Source: a bacterium (GTDB taxonomy: Bacteria; Patescibacteriota; CPR2; UBA1875; JAJYID01). From it: a stretch of 64,000 bases of DNA. Below the pieces are notes generated by a model, which had not been told where the DNA came from, did no database searches, and was given only the letters and a program-made list of their open reading frames with translations. The DNA is taken from positions 20,038 to 84,037 of the forward strand of contig JAJYID010000003.1 of the NCBI GenBank assembly GCA_021790235.1. Reading direction: 5' to 3'. The number at the start of each line of letters is the position of its first letter. The first letter of the stretch is position 1. This document shows, in pieces, positions 1-10,259 of the stretch. The position numbers were made by a program, and so were the translations under genes.

Positions 1-328
1 TGTCGCTAAGTATTTTTTTATGAGGTCTTACCTTAAGCGCTTTTTTGTTTAATCTTCCGGTTTTTTGATTTTTCTTCAGAATGTGTCCATAGTATAGAGT
101 TTTATTAAAAAATATTCCGGCAAAGTTCAGGGCATAAACAGAATTACCTCCATGGTTTTCTCTAACGTCTATCAGTATTGAATCGTAATCTTCCTTATTC
201 TCTTCGCAAAAGTTTATTAACTTCTTATCAATCGGACCTAGCCATATTAACCAAGATGGGATTTTAATAATCAATATTCTATTTTCAATTTGAAAAGACG
301 GCATTTTTTCCGGCTTTACTCTTTCCAT
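1..328 (-). CDS. S41-family (tail-specific/C-terminal processing) peptidase-like protein, partial (runs off window start)
   Basis: Hand translation from ATG at 328: MERVKPEKMPSFQIENRILIIKIPSW...YDSILIDVRENHGGNS. This matches the S41 'LIIDLRxNxGG' motif. Frame stays open to the window edge; not in the ORF track. Confidence 0.6.
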   Translation of the reverse strand, partial: MERVKPEKMPSFQIENRILIIKIPSWLIWLGPIDKKLINFCEENKEDYDSILIDVRENHGGNSVYALNFAGIFFNKTLYYGHILKKNQKTGRLNKKALKVRPHKKILSD

Positions 329-389
329 AAATTTTAACAATGGTTTGTTTGTCTTTTTGATTTATATAAATATTGCTTTGGGTCTCTTC

Positions 390-463
390 TGGCTCGGAGA
401 GAGGGATTCGAACCCCCGTTGCCAGGGCCAGAACCTGGTGTCCTACCGCTAGACGATCTCCGA
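390..463 (-). tRNA. tRNA-Gln (anticodon CTG), 3' CCA encoded
   Basis: Reverse complement TCGGAGA-TCGTCTAGCGGTAGGAC-A-CCAGG-TTCTGGC-CCTGG-CAAC-GGGGG-TTCGAAT-CCCTC-TCTCCGA-G-CCA folds as a cloverleaf with U1-A72 and discriminator G. Confidence 0.95.
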
Positions 464-842
464 TTATTTGAAAAATTAATATTACGGCCGCAGAACCGAT
501 ATTTATTATTTTAACATTTTTACCCTCGTTACTCAACACACTTGAGCGTAAATATTTTTATGATAGAACTACTTTTATGTTGCTTCTAATTCAATCATTA
601 GCATGTACCAAATCAACCTAAGGTAAGGGAGGACTTATGTAAAATATGATCTTTGGGTTTTACAAGGGAATATCGAAAAATCTAAAGGAAATTCCGGATT
701 GTCGATTCGTTTAGAGATTATTGAGGGATGAAAGAAGACATTATGGTTGATAAAAAAGTGAATGAGGGTACTGATATGTAAGATAAATTTAAATCACCGC
801 CGTCTATTGACTTGAGCGGCTTTAACTTTAGGAAAATGTGAT

Positions 843-871
843 TTGACCTTAAGGGTTTAATGTTGTATCTT
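843..871 (+). promoter_or_regulatory. sigma70-like promoter for 927..1232
   Basis: TTGACC-17 nt-TATCTT, followed by boxA-like GGTTCTTTCCATAA (881-894) and SD GAAGGAG. Confidence 0.45.
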
Positions 872-926
872 GTTTATAAAGGTTCTTTCCATAACAAAGC
901 CATAATATCAGAGAAGGAGTGATTTT

Positions 927-1232
927 ATGGTAAAAATAAGTGTAGAACATGTTGAGGTTAGATTAAGAAGTGGTACCAATATACCTCAGAAGGTCAAAAT
1001 GAGGGCCGCGGGGAAAAATGTTGTTGAAACACCTCAGGTGATCAAAATGATTTTTCCTGCCAAAAGTGTAAGCTTAAAAGGAGGCAATGGCTCTGTAATG
1101 ATCAGGGCAAAAAATGGTACAAGAAAAGTGTTCTCACCTAATGAAGTGATTGGTGTAACAAGCCAGAAAGATGTTGACGAAGAGCTAAAAGCACTTGAGC
1201 AAGTTACACCTCTAATGTACACGTATATTTGA
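927..1232 (+). CDS. hypothetical protein
   Basis: 101-aa ORF with SD AGAAGGAG; no recognisable motif. Confidence 0.6.
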   Translation: MVKISVEHVEVRLRSGTNIPQKVKMRAAGKNVVETPQVIKMIFPAKSVSLKGGNGSVMIRAKNGTRKVFSPNEVIGVTSQKDVDEELKALEQVTPLMYTYI

Positions 1233-1260
1233 AAGAACCTGATATGGGGTAACCATTAGC

Positions 1261-2196
1261 TTACCCCATATTTGCTAAGATTTCTTTTACTTCCACAACA
1301 GTTTCAGACAGAACTAATTTTTTGCGCAGTTCTGATGCACCATCGAATCCTTTGAAGTACCAGCCGTAATGTTTTCGCATATCAAGAATACCTTTTTTCG
1401 GACCAAACTCTTCTATACTCATTTCGAGATGTGAAAGCGCCAAGTCTCTTACTTCCTCAAAGTTAGGTTTGTATTCCTTATTTAACTTAAGAGAACGAAA
1501 GATCCAGGGGTTCCCAAGGGTGCCACGAGCGGCCATTACACCATCGCAGCCGGTTTCTTTAATCATTTTTTTCGCATCTTTCACAGAGTAGATTCCCCCA
1601 TTTCCGATAACAGGAATTTTAATAGCCTTCTTAACTTCCTTGATTGCATCTAAATCCGGTTCTCCTTTAAACCCTTGTTTCTTTGTCCTACCATGAATAG
1701 TTAAGGCGTCAGCCCCAACTCGCTCAAACTTTTTGGCAAGAGGCTGAATATCAAACTTATCCCATCCTGTCCGTGTCTTGACTGATAATGGCAATTTTGT
1801 GAAATCGCGCACAGCTCTGACTATTTTGATAGCCCTCTCGGGCTCAAGCAGTAACGCCGATCCTCTCCCACCGGCAACAACCTTTTTTGCCGGACAGCCT
1901 ATATTTATATCGATGCCATCAGGTTGAACCTCATTTTCTATATATTCGGCCGCCGCAGCCATCTTCTCTGCATCATTACCGAATATTTGGATAATTATCG
2001 GTCTTTCTTCTTCATGAAAATTCATCATAGCCAGAGTTTTCTTTGACTTATAACAGACAGCTTCCGCCGCAATCATTTCCGAGAATACTACGTCTGCCCC
2101 GCATTTTTTGACCACGCGCCGAAAAGGAGATGAGGTAATTCCATCCATCGGCGCCATACAAAAAAATGGTTTATTTAGTTGATCCCATGAGAACAT
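1261..2196 (-). CDS. dusB: tRNA-dihydrouridine synthase DusB
   Basis: MAPMDG, QIFG, DINIGCP, HGRT and GNGGI motifs. Start trimmed to MFSWDQ because the longer ORF start lies in a palindromic repeat. Confidence 0.9.
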   Translation of the reverse strand: MFSWDQLNKPFFCMAPMDGITSSPFRRVVKKCGADVVFSEMIAAEAVCYKSKKTLAMMNFHEEERPIIIQIFGNDAEKMAAAAEYIENEVQPDGIDINIGCPAKKVVAGGRGSALLLEPERAIKIVRAVRDFTKLPLSVKTRTGWDKFDIQPLAKKFERVGADALTIHGRTKKQGFKGEPDLDAIKEVKKAIKIPVIGNGGIYSVKDAKKMIKETGCDGVMAARGTLGNPWIFRSLKLNKEYKPNFEEVRDLALSHLEMSIEEFGPKKGILDMRKHYGWYFKGFDGASELRKKLVLSETVVEVKEILANMG

Positions 2197-2222
2197 TCTA
2201 TTTTTTGTCATTCTCCCTTTGT

Positions 2223-2282
2223 TGTCATTCCGAATGAGATGAAGAATCTTTGAGATTCTTCGCAATCACTCAGGAATGTCAA
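2223..2282. repeat. REP-like palindromic element (TGTCATTCCG...GAAGAATCT/AGATTCTTC...GAATGTCA)
   Basis: Inner inverted repeat GAAGAATCT-TTG-AGATTCTTC with partly complementary ends; related to 20714..20803 and 61915..61979. Confidence 0.6.
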
Positions 2283-3704
2283 TTATTTTTTTCTTATTTG
2301 AGATCCTTGAGCGGTGTCTTCGACTTGATATCCAAGTGTTTCAATCTCTTCGCGGATTTTGTCAGCATGTCCCCAATCTTTTTCCTCTCTGGCATCCTCC
2401 CTCTCGTCGACCAGTTTTTGAATATTTTCAGGAATGATTTCTTCTTCTACCTTATTTAAACTCAGCCCCAAAACATTATCAATATTTAGGATCCCATTCC
2501 TTATCTTTTCTGCTTGCTCTTTGTTTAACCCCCTGAGTTCTCTATTAAAGATACCAACCCAGCCAAAGAAATGAGATAAAGATAGTGGAGTATTAAAGTC
2601 ATCATCCATGGATTCTTTAAATTGCTGGATTAAGTCTTTTGTCCATCTATCAACCTTGAGTTTATTTGTTTTATTTTTATTAATCTTGTTTAGAGAGAGG
2701 AGAAGGTTTTTAATTTCAGTAAGATTCTTTTTTGAATCCTCGAATACCTTTTTGTCAAATTCAACCGGAGAGCGGTAATGAGACTTTAGTATAGCAAGTC
2801 TAACAACCATTGGATCATATTCTTTTAGTAAATCACGGATGGTAGTGAAGTTTCCTTTTGATTTGCTCATCTTGACACCCCTTATTTTCACCATATTCCA
2901 GTGCAACCAATACTTTGAAAACTTTTTACCGGTTAATGCCTCAGATTGTGCTATCTCTGATTCATTATGTGGAAAGATATTTTCATTCCCGCCGGCATGG
3001 ATATCTATAGTGTCACCAAGATATTTCTTCACCATCACGGAACATTCAATATGCCAGCCCGGGTAACCTATGCTCCATGGGCTTTCGTATTTTAAAATGT
3101 GTCCCGATTCTGCCTTAATCCATAGTGCAAAGTCTAACGGGTTCTTTTTTTCTTGCCTAACCTTAACTCTTGCTCCGGTTTTAAGTTCATTAATTTTCTG
3201 GCCCGATAGTTTACCATATTTTTCAAACTTGCTTACATCAAAATAGACCGAACCGTTCGATACATATGCAAATTCTTTCTTGATTAAACCCTGCACAAAC
3301 TCAATAATTTCCTTGATTTCCTGTGTTGGCCTCGGCGCAATATCAGCATCTTTGACATTAAGCGTATGGAAATCTTTATAATAAGCTTTTATATAATTTT
3401 CAACCAAGGCCATCGGATCAACATGTTTCTCTTTTGCCCTTTTTTCTATCTTATCTTCACCGGCTTCATTTTCATCGTCGGTTAGATGCCCCACGTCAGT
3501 AAAATTTTGTACATATTTGACTTTATATCCAGACCACTCTAAGTAACGTCGGATGACATCCATAGATACATAGCCCTTGGCATGACCTAAATGAGAATAA
3601 TCATAAATAGTTGGTCCGCAAGTGTACCACTTAATCTCTTTATCTTTAAGTGGTTTAAACTCTTCTTTTTTTCTTGTTAATGTATTATATAGTTTTAGAC
3701 TCAT
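2283..3704 (-). CDS. cysS: cysteine--tRNA ligase
   Basis: CGPTIY, HLGH, GYPGWHIECS and KMSKS motifs. Confidence 0.97.
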   Translation of the reverse strand: MSLKLYNTLTRKKEEFKPLKDKEIKWYTCGPTIYDYSHLGHAKGYVSMDVIRRYLEWSGYKVKYVQNFTDVGHLTDDENEAGEDKIEKRAKEKHVDPMALVENYIKAYYKDFHTLNVKDADIAPRPTQEIKEIIEFVQGLIKKEFAYVSNGSVYFDVSKFEKYGKLSGQKINELKTGARVKVRQEKKNPLDFALWIKAESGHILKYESPWSIGYPGWHIECSVMVKKYLGDTIDIHAGGNENIFPHNESEIAQSEALTGKKFSKYWLHWNMVKIRGVKMSKSKGNFTTIRDLLKEYDPMVVRLAILKSHYRSPVEFDKKVFEDSKKNLTEIKNLLLSLNKINKNKTNKLKVDRWTKDLIQQFKESMDDDFNTPLSLSHFFGWVGIFNRELRGLNKEQAEKIRNGILNIDNVLGLSLNKVEEEIIPENIQKLVDEREDAREEKDWGHADKIREEIETLGYQVEDTAQGSQIRKK

Positions 3705-3739
3705 TTCTCAGTTTTTAGATTCCTATTAAGCAAAAAGGA

Positions 3740-5489
3740 CTATTTCAAATATCCTCCCGACTGAATCTCAAATAGTTTATGGTAGATACCACCCTTTTTG
3801 GCGACTAACTCTTCATGAGTGCCCACTTCATTTATTTTACCTTTATCAAGAACAACTATCAAATCAGCTTTCATAATGGTTGATAAACGGTGCGCTATAA
3901 TAATAGATGTCCTCCTTTTAATTAATTTCCAGAGGGCGTCTTGGATCAGCTTCTCACTCTCGGAATCAAGATGTGAGGTAGCTTCATCTAACACCAAAAT
4001 CGGGGGGTTTTTAAGAATAGCCCTTGCGATATTGATTCTTTGTTGTTCGCCGCCGGATAATTTTACCCCTTTCTCGCCGACTATAGTATCGTACCCCTCA
4101 GGCAATTTAGATATAAATTCGTGGGCATGCGCTATTTTTGCAGCACGCAGAACATCCTCCCTTTTTGCTTTGGGATTTGAATAAGCAATATTATTAAACG
4201 CAGTATCATTAAAAATTGCCGTATCTTGCAAGACTACACCGATATTTTGACGAAGCGACTTCTGAGTAATGTTTCTGATATCATGGCCGTCAATTGAAAT
4301 CGAGCCCTCCTGCGGATCGTAAAAACGAAGCAGAAGCTTTACTAAGGTTGATTTGCCTACGCCGCTTTTGCCGACAATGGCAACGGTTTCTCCTTTTTTG
4401 ACTTTCAAGTCTAAACCCTCCAGAACACCTCTGTTTTTATATTTGAAATTAAGCCCCTTAATTTCCAGATTACCCGCAACATTTTCAAACTCAGCAGCCT
4501 TTGGACTATCCTGAACAGTTGGCTTCTTGTCTAAAATTTCGAAAATTCGCTTGGTGCTTCTCAGATTTCTTTGCGTGTTATCATATATCCTTGAGAGTCT
4601 CCAGAGCGGATTATAGATGCCATTGACGTACGTCCATACCAAAAACAACGTTCCGAAGGTAATTTTCCGTTGCTACCCAATAAACGCCTATAATAATTGA
4701 GAATACTCTTGTGCCGTTAGTAATCGAAAGCCTGGCAGAGTCCATTTTGGTATACATACCCATTCTTTTCATTGTTGTTTGAAGTGACTTCTTTAAGCTG
4801 TTTGATAACTCGTTTAGATGTCTTTTTTCTGTGGCAAATGACTTAACTGTTTTGATGTTTGATAATGCTTCGACTCTGATTGAACCTGCTTTTTCCTCAT
4901 AATCTCGCACCTTGTCTTGGAGAGTGTTTAAGGGTTTTGTAAACTTAATACTTATAAATGTGAAAATTGGCACACCAATAGCAATCATCAATCCGAAAGT
5001 TACATTGACGGTGAAAAGAACTATAGTAGCGAAAATCATATAAATAATCTGGGGGACGAGTACTTTGATGATATCTTCCATGATACTTTGCATCGTATCT
5101 ATGCCGTTTGACAATTTTTCTACAATCTTGCCGGTAGAACTTTGCTCATAAAAAGATAAGTCCAGTGTCTCGAGGTGACCAAAAATTTTACAAATAACGG
5201 TATTTCTCGTTTGATACCACCACTTTGTTTCAAAGTAGTCTTCCCACAACTGGAAAAGAACCGAGAAAATTACGATCAATAGGTAGAGAATAAGCGGCGT
5301 GGCATATACCCTTAAATCGAAAGTAAAGTTATTATTGCGAATCTGTTTTTCAAGAAGATCAAAGATGTCCTTGATGACAATAGGAAATAAGGCATTTAGC
5401 AGAACTAACGCTGTTTCAGCCAAGAAAACACCGATGGTAAGCCATTTCCTTAACCAAGCAAATCCTAGGATTCTAAACAAATCTTTCAT
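3740..5489 (-). pseudogene. MsbA/Sav1866-type ABC exporter (TMD+NBD), split by a frameshift near 4665
   Basis: TMD ORF 4611..5489 and NBD ORF 3740..4648 (GKSGVGKS, LSGGE, LDEATS). At ACG-G-AAA-ATT-ACC-TTC-GGA-ACG-TTG the frames join into the typical 'xKITFGTLFLVW' sequence. Confidence 0.75.
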
Positions 5490-5563
5490 TGGGCAAAGTT
5501 AAAAAATAAAACGCTTATATTTTAGCTTTTCTAAGCCGAAAATAAAAGGATATTATGATCAAG

Positions 5564-6163
5564 TCAATAATCCAGACGGCCCTCTATAGCCCTAGAAAGG
5601 GTCACTTCGTCAGCATATTCGAGATCTCCACCAACTGGCAAACCTCTAGCGATTCTAGTGATTTTGATATCTAAAGGCACTACCAATTTTTGGATGTACA
5701 GCGCTGTAGCTTCACCCTCAATACTTGGGTTTGTGGCTAATATAATTTCTTCAATATTGCCCGCCTTTAATCTATTGATAAGTTCACGTATATATAAATC
5801 ATCCGGTCCGATTCCATCAATCGGAGAAATAACGCCTCCAAGGACATGGTATAAACCCTGGAATTTTCCTGTTTTTTCTACTGCCACAACATCGAGAGGC
5901 TCTTCTACCACACATATGATGGATTTTTCTCGTCTAATATCATCACAAATGTGGCACGGATCTTTCTCAGCGATATTTGAGCATATCGAACATGTCTCTA
6001 AACCCTTCTTTAAATCTAAAACGGCACTTCCAAGGGAGTTTAGATCTCTGTCTGAACTTCTCAAAAGATAGAAAGTAAGTCTTTCAGCGGTTTTCGGACC
6101 AATACCCGGAAGACTTGCAAACTCATCTATTAAGTTTTGGACATTTTGAGGGATAACTTGCAT
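5564..6163 (-). CDS. recR: recombination mediator RecR
   Basis: LPGIGPKTAERL, C4 zinc finger, Toprim ATNPSIEGEATA, GLPVGGDLEYAD. Confidence 0.97.
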   Translation of the reverse strand: MQVIPQNVQNLIDEFASLPGIGPKTAERLTFYLLRSSDRDLNSLGSAVLDLKKGLETCSICSNIAEKDPCHICDDIRREKSIICVVEEPLDVVAVEKTGKFQGLYHVLGGVISPIDGIGPDDLYIRELINRLKAGNIEEIILATNPSIEGEATALYIQKLVVPLDIKITRIARGLPVGGDLEYADEVTLSRAIEGRLDY

Positions 6164-6181
6164 TTTTTATCAAACCTGATT

Positions 6182-6472
6182 CTAAAATGGCATTCCGCCA
6201 CCACCCATCACATCTTTCATCATATTTTGAGCGATCTTTTGAGCTTTTTCAGTAGCGCTATCTACAGCATTCTTAATATCATTTTCAAGTTTTTGAACAT
6301 CATTGATAGTTTCTGAACTAATTTTAACAGACTGGATTTTCATTTCACCATTCATTTGTACCTTCACGTCTCCGCTTTCACCATCAACTATCTCGGCTCT
6401 TAATTTTTTTTGTATTTCTCTAGCCTTTTTGACGAATTCATATTGTTCTTTAGCTTTACCAAACATTGCCAT
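6182..6472 (-). CDS. ybaB: YbaB/EbfC nucleoid-associated protein
   Basis: Size, 'GDVKVQMNGEMKIQSVKI' pattern and position directly upstream of recR. Confidence 0.85.
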   Translation of the reverse strand: MAMFGKAKEQYEFVKKAREIQKKLRAEIVDGESGDVKVQMNGEMKIQSVKISSETINDVQKLENDIKNAVDSATEKAQKIAQNMMKDVMGGGGMPF

Positions 6473-6547
6473 AATATTTATCCCCTTTATTAACAAAAAT
6501 ATAATAACATTTCTACAGTATAATGAAAAGAGACTGTTTGGTTTAGA

Positions 6548-8074
6548 CTATTGATAGAGAACTGCTTTTAGCCCGTCACTATTATTTTCTTGATAGATAA
6601 TCGTACTTTTTTTATTAACCAAACAATTTGTAAAATACGGTTTATCACCAGTTTTCCCAACAATAAATATTCTATGGTCAGTGCTAAGAGCTAATTCCTC
6701 GTTTTGTGACACAATATAATCGCCTTGCTGGTCATAAAAAAGTGAGCTTTCGCCATAGCCGTCGACAGGATTTGAGATTAATCTGATATTTTTATCCCCA
6801 AAATAATATGATCCATCCAGAAATGTATAGAGTTCACCTGAAAGAACAATATCGCCGGGCTTCATTTGTTTTTTAACTGCTTCCGATAAAGCTTTCATTT
6901 GGTGATTTGTTGTGGTATGCATTTCGATGTTCCCAGCAATGAGCACAACAATGGCTATGGCTCCCACTGCCATTCTAAGTTTTTTATTTTTTATAGCAGC
7001 AATACCGATACCCCAAAGTGCCAGGATGGCCACAGCAGAAAATGGAAAATATCTATCTTGATAAACAGGAGTTTTTACTTTTGAAAGAATGAAAACAAGA
7101 ACCATCGGCAGATATCCATAAAGTAGAAAAACTCCGACTGCTTTTCTATAGTCTTTTTTCATCAGTAGAATAAAACCACTGCCAATTAAAACCAGAATCA
7201 AGATCCAATACAAAATTCCCAGTAAAATTTGGTTAGACACCGGTCCGTCTAAATGCATATAAATTAAAAATTCTGTAATGCTGTTGGGGATTGTTTTGAT
7301 TGTGATCCACTCTGGACGAATCCAGTAGCTGGCGCTCACTCTTGTGACTTGTTTATATGCTACCGGTGCCCAAGGCAGAAAAAGTATTATTGGCGCCAGT
7401 CCGGCTGCAAGCCACCTTAGGTTAAATATTCCAAGACGTTTTTTAAAAGATTTACTCCACTTGAAGCGAAAAAATCCGGGTGTCATTACGGCAACTGCCA
7501 GCCAGTGAACTATTACAATAAAAAAAGCATAATATTGAGTATAAACAGCTGCCGTCATGGCTAATGCATAATAAATGAGAGACTTTTTATCTTTATCTTT
7601 AAAATACCGAACTAAGAAATATGTGCCGAGTGTAGTCAGAAAAGCAACCATACCATACATTCTTGATTCCTGGGCAAAGCGTATCATAAAAGGCGACAAC
7701 GCTACAAGCATACTTGCCCAAAAGGCAGTTCTATCGTTAAAGAGTTTTTCTACAATTTTATACGCAAAGTAAATAATGCCGATGGAAAAAACAGCAGATA
7801 GAGAACGAATACCAAGTTCAGATCGTCCGAATATAAGCGTCCACCCTTTGGCCAGAAGATAATAAAGGGGCGGATGTACATCTCTCGCCGTTCTTGCAAT
7901 TATTTGAAGTGGATTGTAGCGAATGAGCCATAAGGTATAGCCCTCGTCATGCCAGATACTTGACGCCGTAATTTTATAAAAGGCTGCTATAGCACCAAAA
8001 AGCATTGGATAAATCCAAAGCTTATCGGTAGGGATACCAAACATCTTTTTAAATTTTGAACTTTGATTTGTCAT
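6548..8074 (-). CDS. GT-C fold (ArnT/PMT-like) membrane glycosyltransferase
   Basis: SIWHDEGY, DVHPPLYY, RSLS and QESRMY motifs; multiple TM segments. True start may be 8044. Confidence 0.85.
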   Translation of the reverse strand: MTNQSSKFKKMFGIPTDKLWIYPMLFGAIAAFYKITASSIWHDEGYTLWLIRYNPLQIIARTARDVHPPLYYLLAKGWTLIFGRSELGIRSLSAVFSIGIIYFAYKIVEKLFNDRTAFWASMLVALSPFMIRFAQESRMYGMVAFLTTLGTYFLVRYFKDKDKKSLIYYALAMTAAVYTQYYAFFIVIVHWLAVAVMTPGFFRFKWSKSFKKRLGIFNLRWLAAGLAPIILFLPWAPVAYKQVTRVSASYWIRPEWITIKTIPNSITEFLIYMHLDGPVSNQILLGILYWILILVLIGSGFILLMKKDYRKAVGVFLLYGYLPMVLVFILSKVKTPVYQDRYFPFSAVAILALWGIGIAAIKNKKLRMAVGAIAIVVLIAGNIEMHTTTNHQMKALSEAVKKQMKPGDIVLSGELYTFLDGSYYFGDKNIRLISNPVDGYGESSLFYDQQGDYIVSQNEELALSTDHRIFIVGKTGDKPYFTNCLVNKKSTIIYQENNSDGLKAVLYQ

Positions 8075-8091
8075 TTTGGATTTAACTTAAA

Positions 8092-9807
8092 TCACTTGTC
8101 GTACTCATAGTAAAGAATGCGTTGATCTCTGGGTGACGGTATAGCGGTCAGAGATCTTTTAAAGCCGATTTTTCTAAGTTCCTTTAAGGCATCATTCTCC
8201 CAATCCTTTTCAATATATATTTTATAATGATCTGCTGGCAGTTTCAAATCTTTTATGCCACTAACCTCCAATCTTTCAATATCCGGTTTTGTGGAGTAAG
8301 TGATAAATTGAATAGTCTTTGATCCGTATTCGCCCGCAATGAGAATAATTTTTTCGCCCTTTGGTTGAGTATTGATATCATAAGCCATTTGCACCATATC
8401 TTCAGCATAAGCATCTCCTGCTTCGGCATAGCTTGGGAACTTCACGAAGTATTTATAGAATCCGGCCGCTCCCGAAATGATTAAAATCAGAGTTGTACCA
8501 ATATAAAGAGTTTGGCTTGGTTTAATTTGTTTAATCCTAGATAAAACCCACTCAAGTCCTAGAGCAGACCACACAAAAACGACCGGGATTACTCCAACCA
8601 TGCGAAGAGCGTGGGGAATGCCGTCTGATGTTAAGAGCTCTGGCAACGATAGTATCGGAAACCAAACTAGAAGGATAAAATACTCAAGCTTTTTGAATCT
8701 TATCAGGCTAATAGCAACTCCAACCCACATTAAGATTCCAATAAAAATATCAAGCATTGGCTCGCCGGCCACATTCTGCCTGAAATTTTGGTCGCCTGAA
8801 AAATTAAACATACCTATGGTTTTCACTGAGTTTGAAACAAATGCGCCGATTGCGCTACCGCCGTTTGTGACCGGATTAAAAATACTGGTTGAAGAACGAG
8901 CCACCAGATCTGCTGGAACGTGAACAAAATGAATGAGCAGAGGTATCATGATCACTATTGTAGCAACTATAAGATAACCGATTTTTTTGAGATTTTTTCG
9001 GAAAAATCCGCGATCGGTAAAAAATATATAAACTAAAATCGCAAACAAAACCAGCGGGGTAACTCTGAAAGATAGATATGTATAAAATCCAAGAGCCAGG
9101 GACACACCGGCGCCCAGATAATCCCTGGTTTGTCCATTTCTTAAGGCGCGAATAATAAAATAAAAAAGAAATATCAAAGCTAGCGGCGCCATAATAGCCC
9201 GAAAACCGTTCCTGGAAAATTGGATATGCCAGGCGCTTACAGCCAAGGCGGCGGCGGCAAACGTGCCGACATTTTTATTAAAGAGTTCTTTACCTAAAAG
9301 ATAAATCCCCCAAACTGTCAGTACTCCAATGATTGCCGGTGCGATGCGCAGCGATAAAGGCGTGAAATTGATGGCGGCAATATGAAAGACATGCCCAATC
9401 CAAACCGGTATTGCCTGCAGATAGAAAAAAAGCGCTTCTCTGGGACCGTTGGTATCATAGATTGCCGCGAACTTATGCGCATCAAACATACTTATAATAT
9501 CAAGACCGTTCGCGGCTTCATCCGGATGAAGCCCCGGCGGTAATGTACCTAGTTTATAGAATCTTAGAAAAGTGGCAGCTAAAAGGATTAAAGTTAATAT
9601 CCAATTTTCTCCGAGAAGCCTATAGCCTAAAACTACTGGCCGCGATTTCTTCAGTTTTATCAAAGGTGAAGATTGGTTTGGAGTTTTAATCTCACTATCT
9701 TGGTTAGGAAGACCTCGCAGACTGGATTTTTCTACTGAAAATTCTTGTTTCTTTTGTACATCTGAAGCTGATCTTTTATTGATTTTTAATTTTATTTTTC
9801 CTATCAT
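8092..9807 (-). CDS. GT-C fold (ArnT/PMT-like) membrane glycosyltransferase
   Basis: LRFYKLG..PPGLHPDEAANG, WHIQFSR and PHALR motifs; multiple TM segments. Confidence 0.85.
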   Translation of the reverse strand: MIGKIKLKINKRSASDVQKKQEFSVEKSSLRGLPNQDSEIKTPNQSSPLIKLKKSRPVVLGYRLLGENWILTLILLAATFLRFYKLGTLPPGLHPDEAANGLDIISMFDAHKFAAIYDTNGPREALFFYLQAIPVWIGHVFHIAAINFTPLSLRIAPAIIGVLTVWGIYLLGKELFNKNVGTFAAAALAVSAWHIQFSRNGFRAIMAPLALIFLFYFIIRALRNGQTRDYLGAGVSLALGFYTYLSFRVTPLVLFAILVYIFFTDRGFFRKNLKKIGYLIVATIVIMIPLLIHFVHVPADLVARSSTSIFNPVTNGGSAIGAFVSNSVKTIGMFNFSGDQNFRQNVAGEPMLDIFIGILMWVGVAISLIRFKKLEYFILLVWFPILSLPELLTSDGIPHALRMVGVIPVVFVWSALGLEWVLSRIKQIKPSQTLYIGTTLILIISGAAGFYKYFVKFPSYAEAGDAYAEDMVQMAYDINTQPKGEKIILIAGEYGSKTIQFITYSTKPDIERLEVSGIKDLKLPADHYKIYIEKDWENDALKELRKIGFKRSLTAIPSPRDQRILYYEYDK

Positions 9808-9809
9808 CT

Positions 9810-10259
9810 CTACCCTCCTACCTTACATGACGTTGAGCCCTCTATAGTTACAGAATAAAATTCTATGTTAGTCCCCTGATTTAATGTCATTCCTTGACCA
9901 TTATTTTTTTGAATAAAGGCTTTAATTGTATTATCAGACTTTTCATAAATCAATATTGTCTGACCGTTAGAGCAGTTCAAACTTTTTAGATTATCTTCAT
10001 TGATAAAATGAACCTTGTTTTCGAAGAAGCTTTTTGCTGAAGAATTATTCTGCACAATGAAGTACAAATGATCTGAGCTGGGTTTAGTCCTAACATAAGC
10101 ATACATTTCAGAGTACTTAGCACCATTCTTCAAAAGCTTTTGCTTGAACATATTATAGGTCGAGTTGTCAAAAAATACAAAAACTAAAACCAAAACAAAA
10201 ACTGCCAATAAAAATTTAATCAGATTTTTGGTTTTATTTTGCAAGTGAATATTTGCCAC
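9810..10259 (-). CDS. membrane-anchored hypothetical protein
   Basis: Single N-terminal hydrophobic segment; tightly packed within the glycosyltransferase cluster. Confidence 0.6.
   Translation of the reverse strand: MANIHLQNKTKNLIKFLLAVFVLVLVFVFFDNSTYNMFKQKLLKNGAKYSEMYAYVRTKPSSDHLYFIVQNNSSAKSFFENKVHFINEDNLKSLNCSNGQTILIYEKSDNTIKAFIQKNNGQGMTLNQGTNIEFYSVTIEGSTSCKVGG

Noticed and set aside
285..539. 84-aa ORF in the track
   Set aside because: It overlaps tRNA-Gln and the start of the S41-like gene in another frame; spurious.
624..781. Two SD + ATG-TAA start-stop elements and a 17-codon ORF
   Set aside because: These are short words in AT-rich DNA with no other support; they may be a decayed gene.
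5529..5538. TTCTAAGCCG matching the OmpR-type site
   Set aside because: Only one half-site, in the opposite orientation to the downstream gene.
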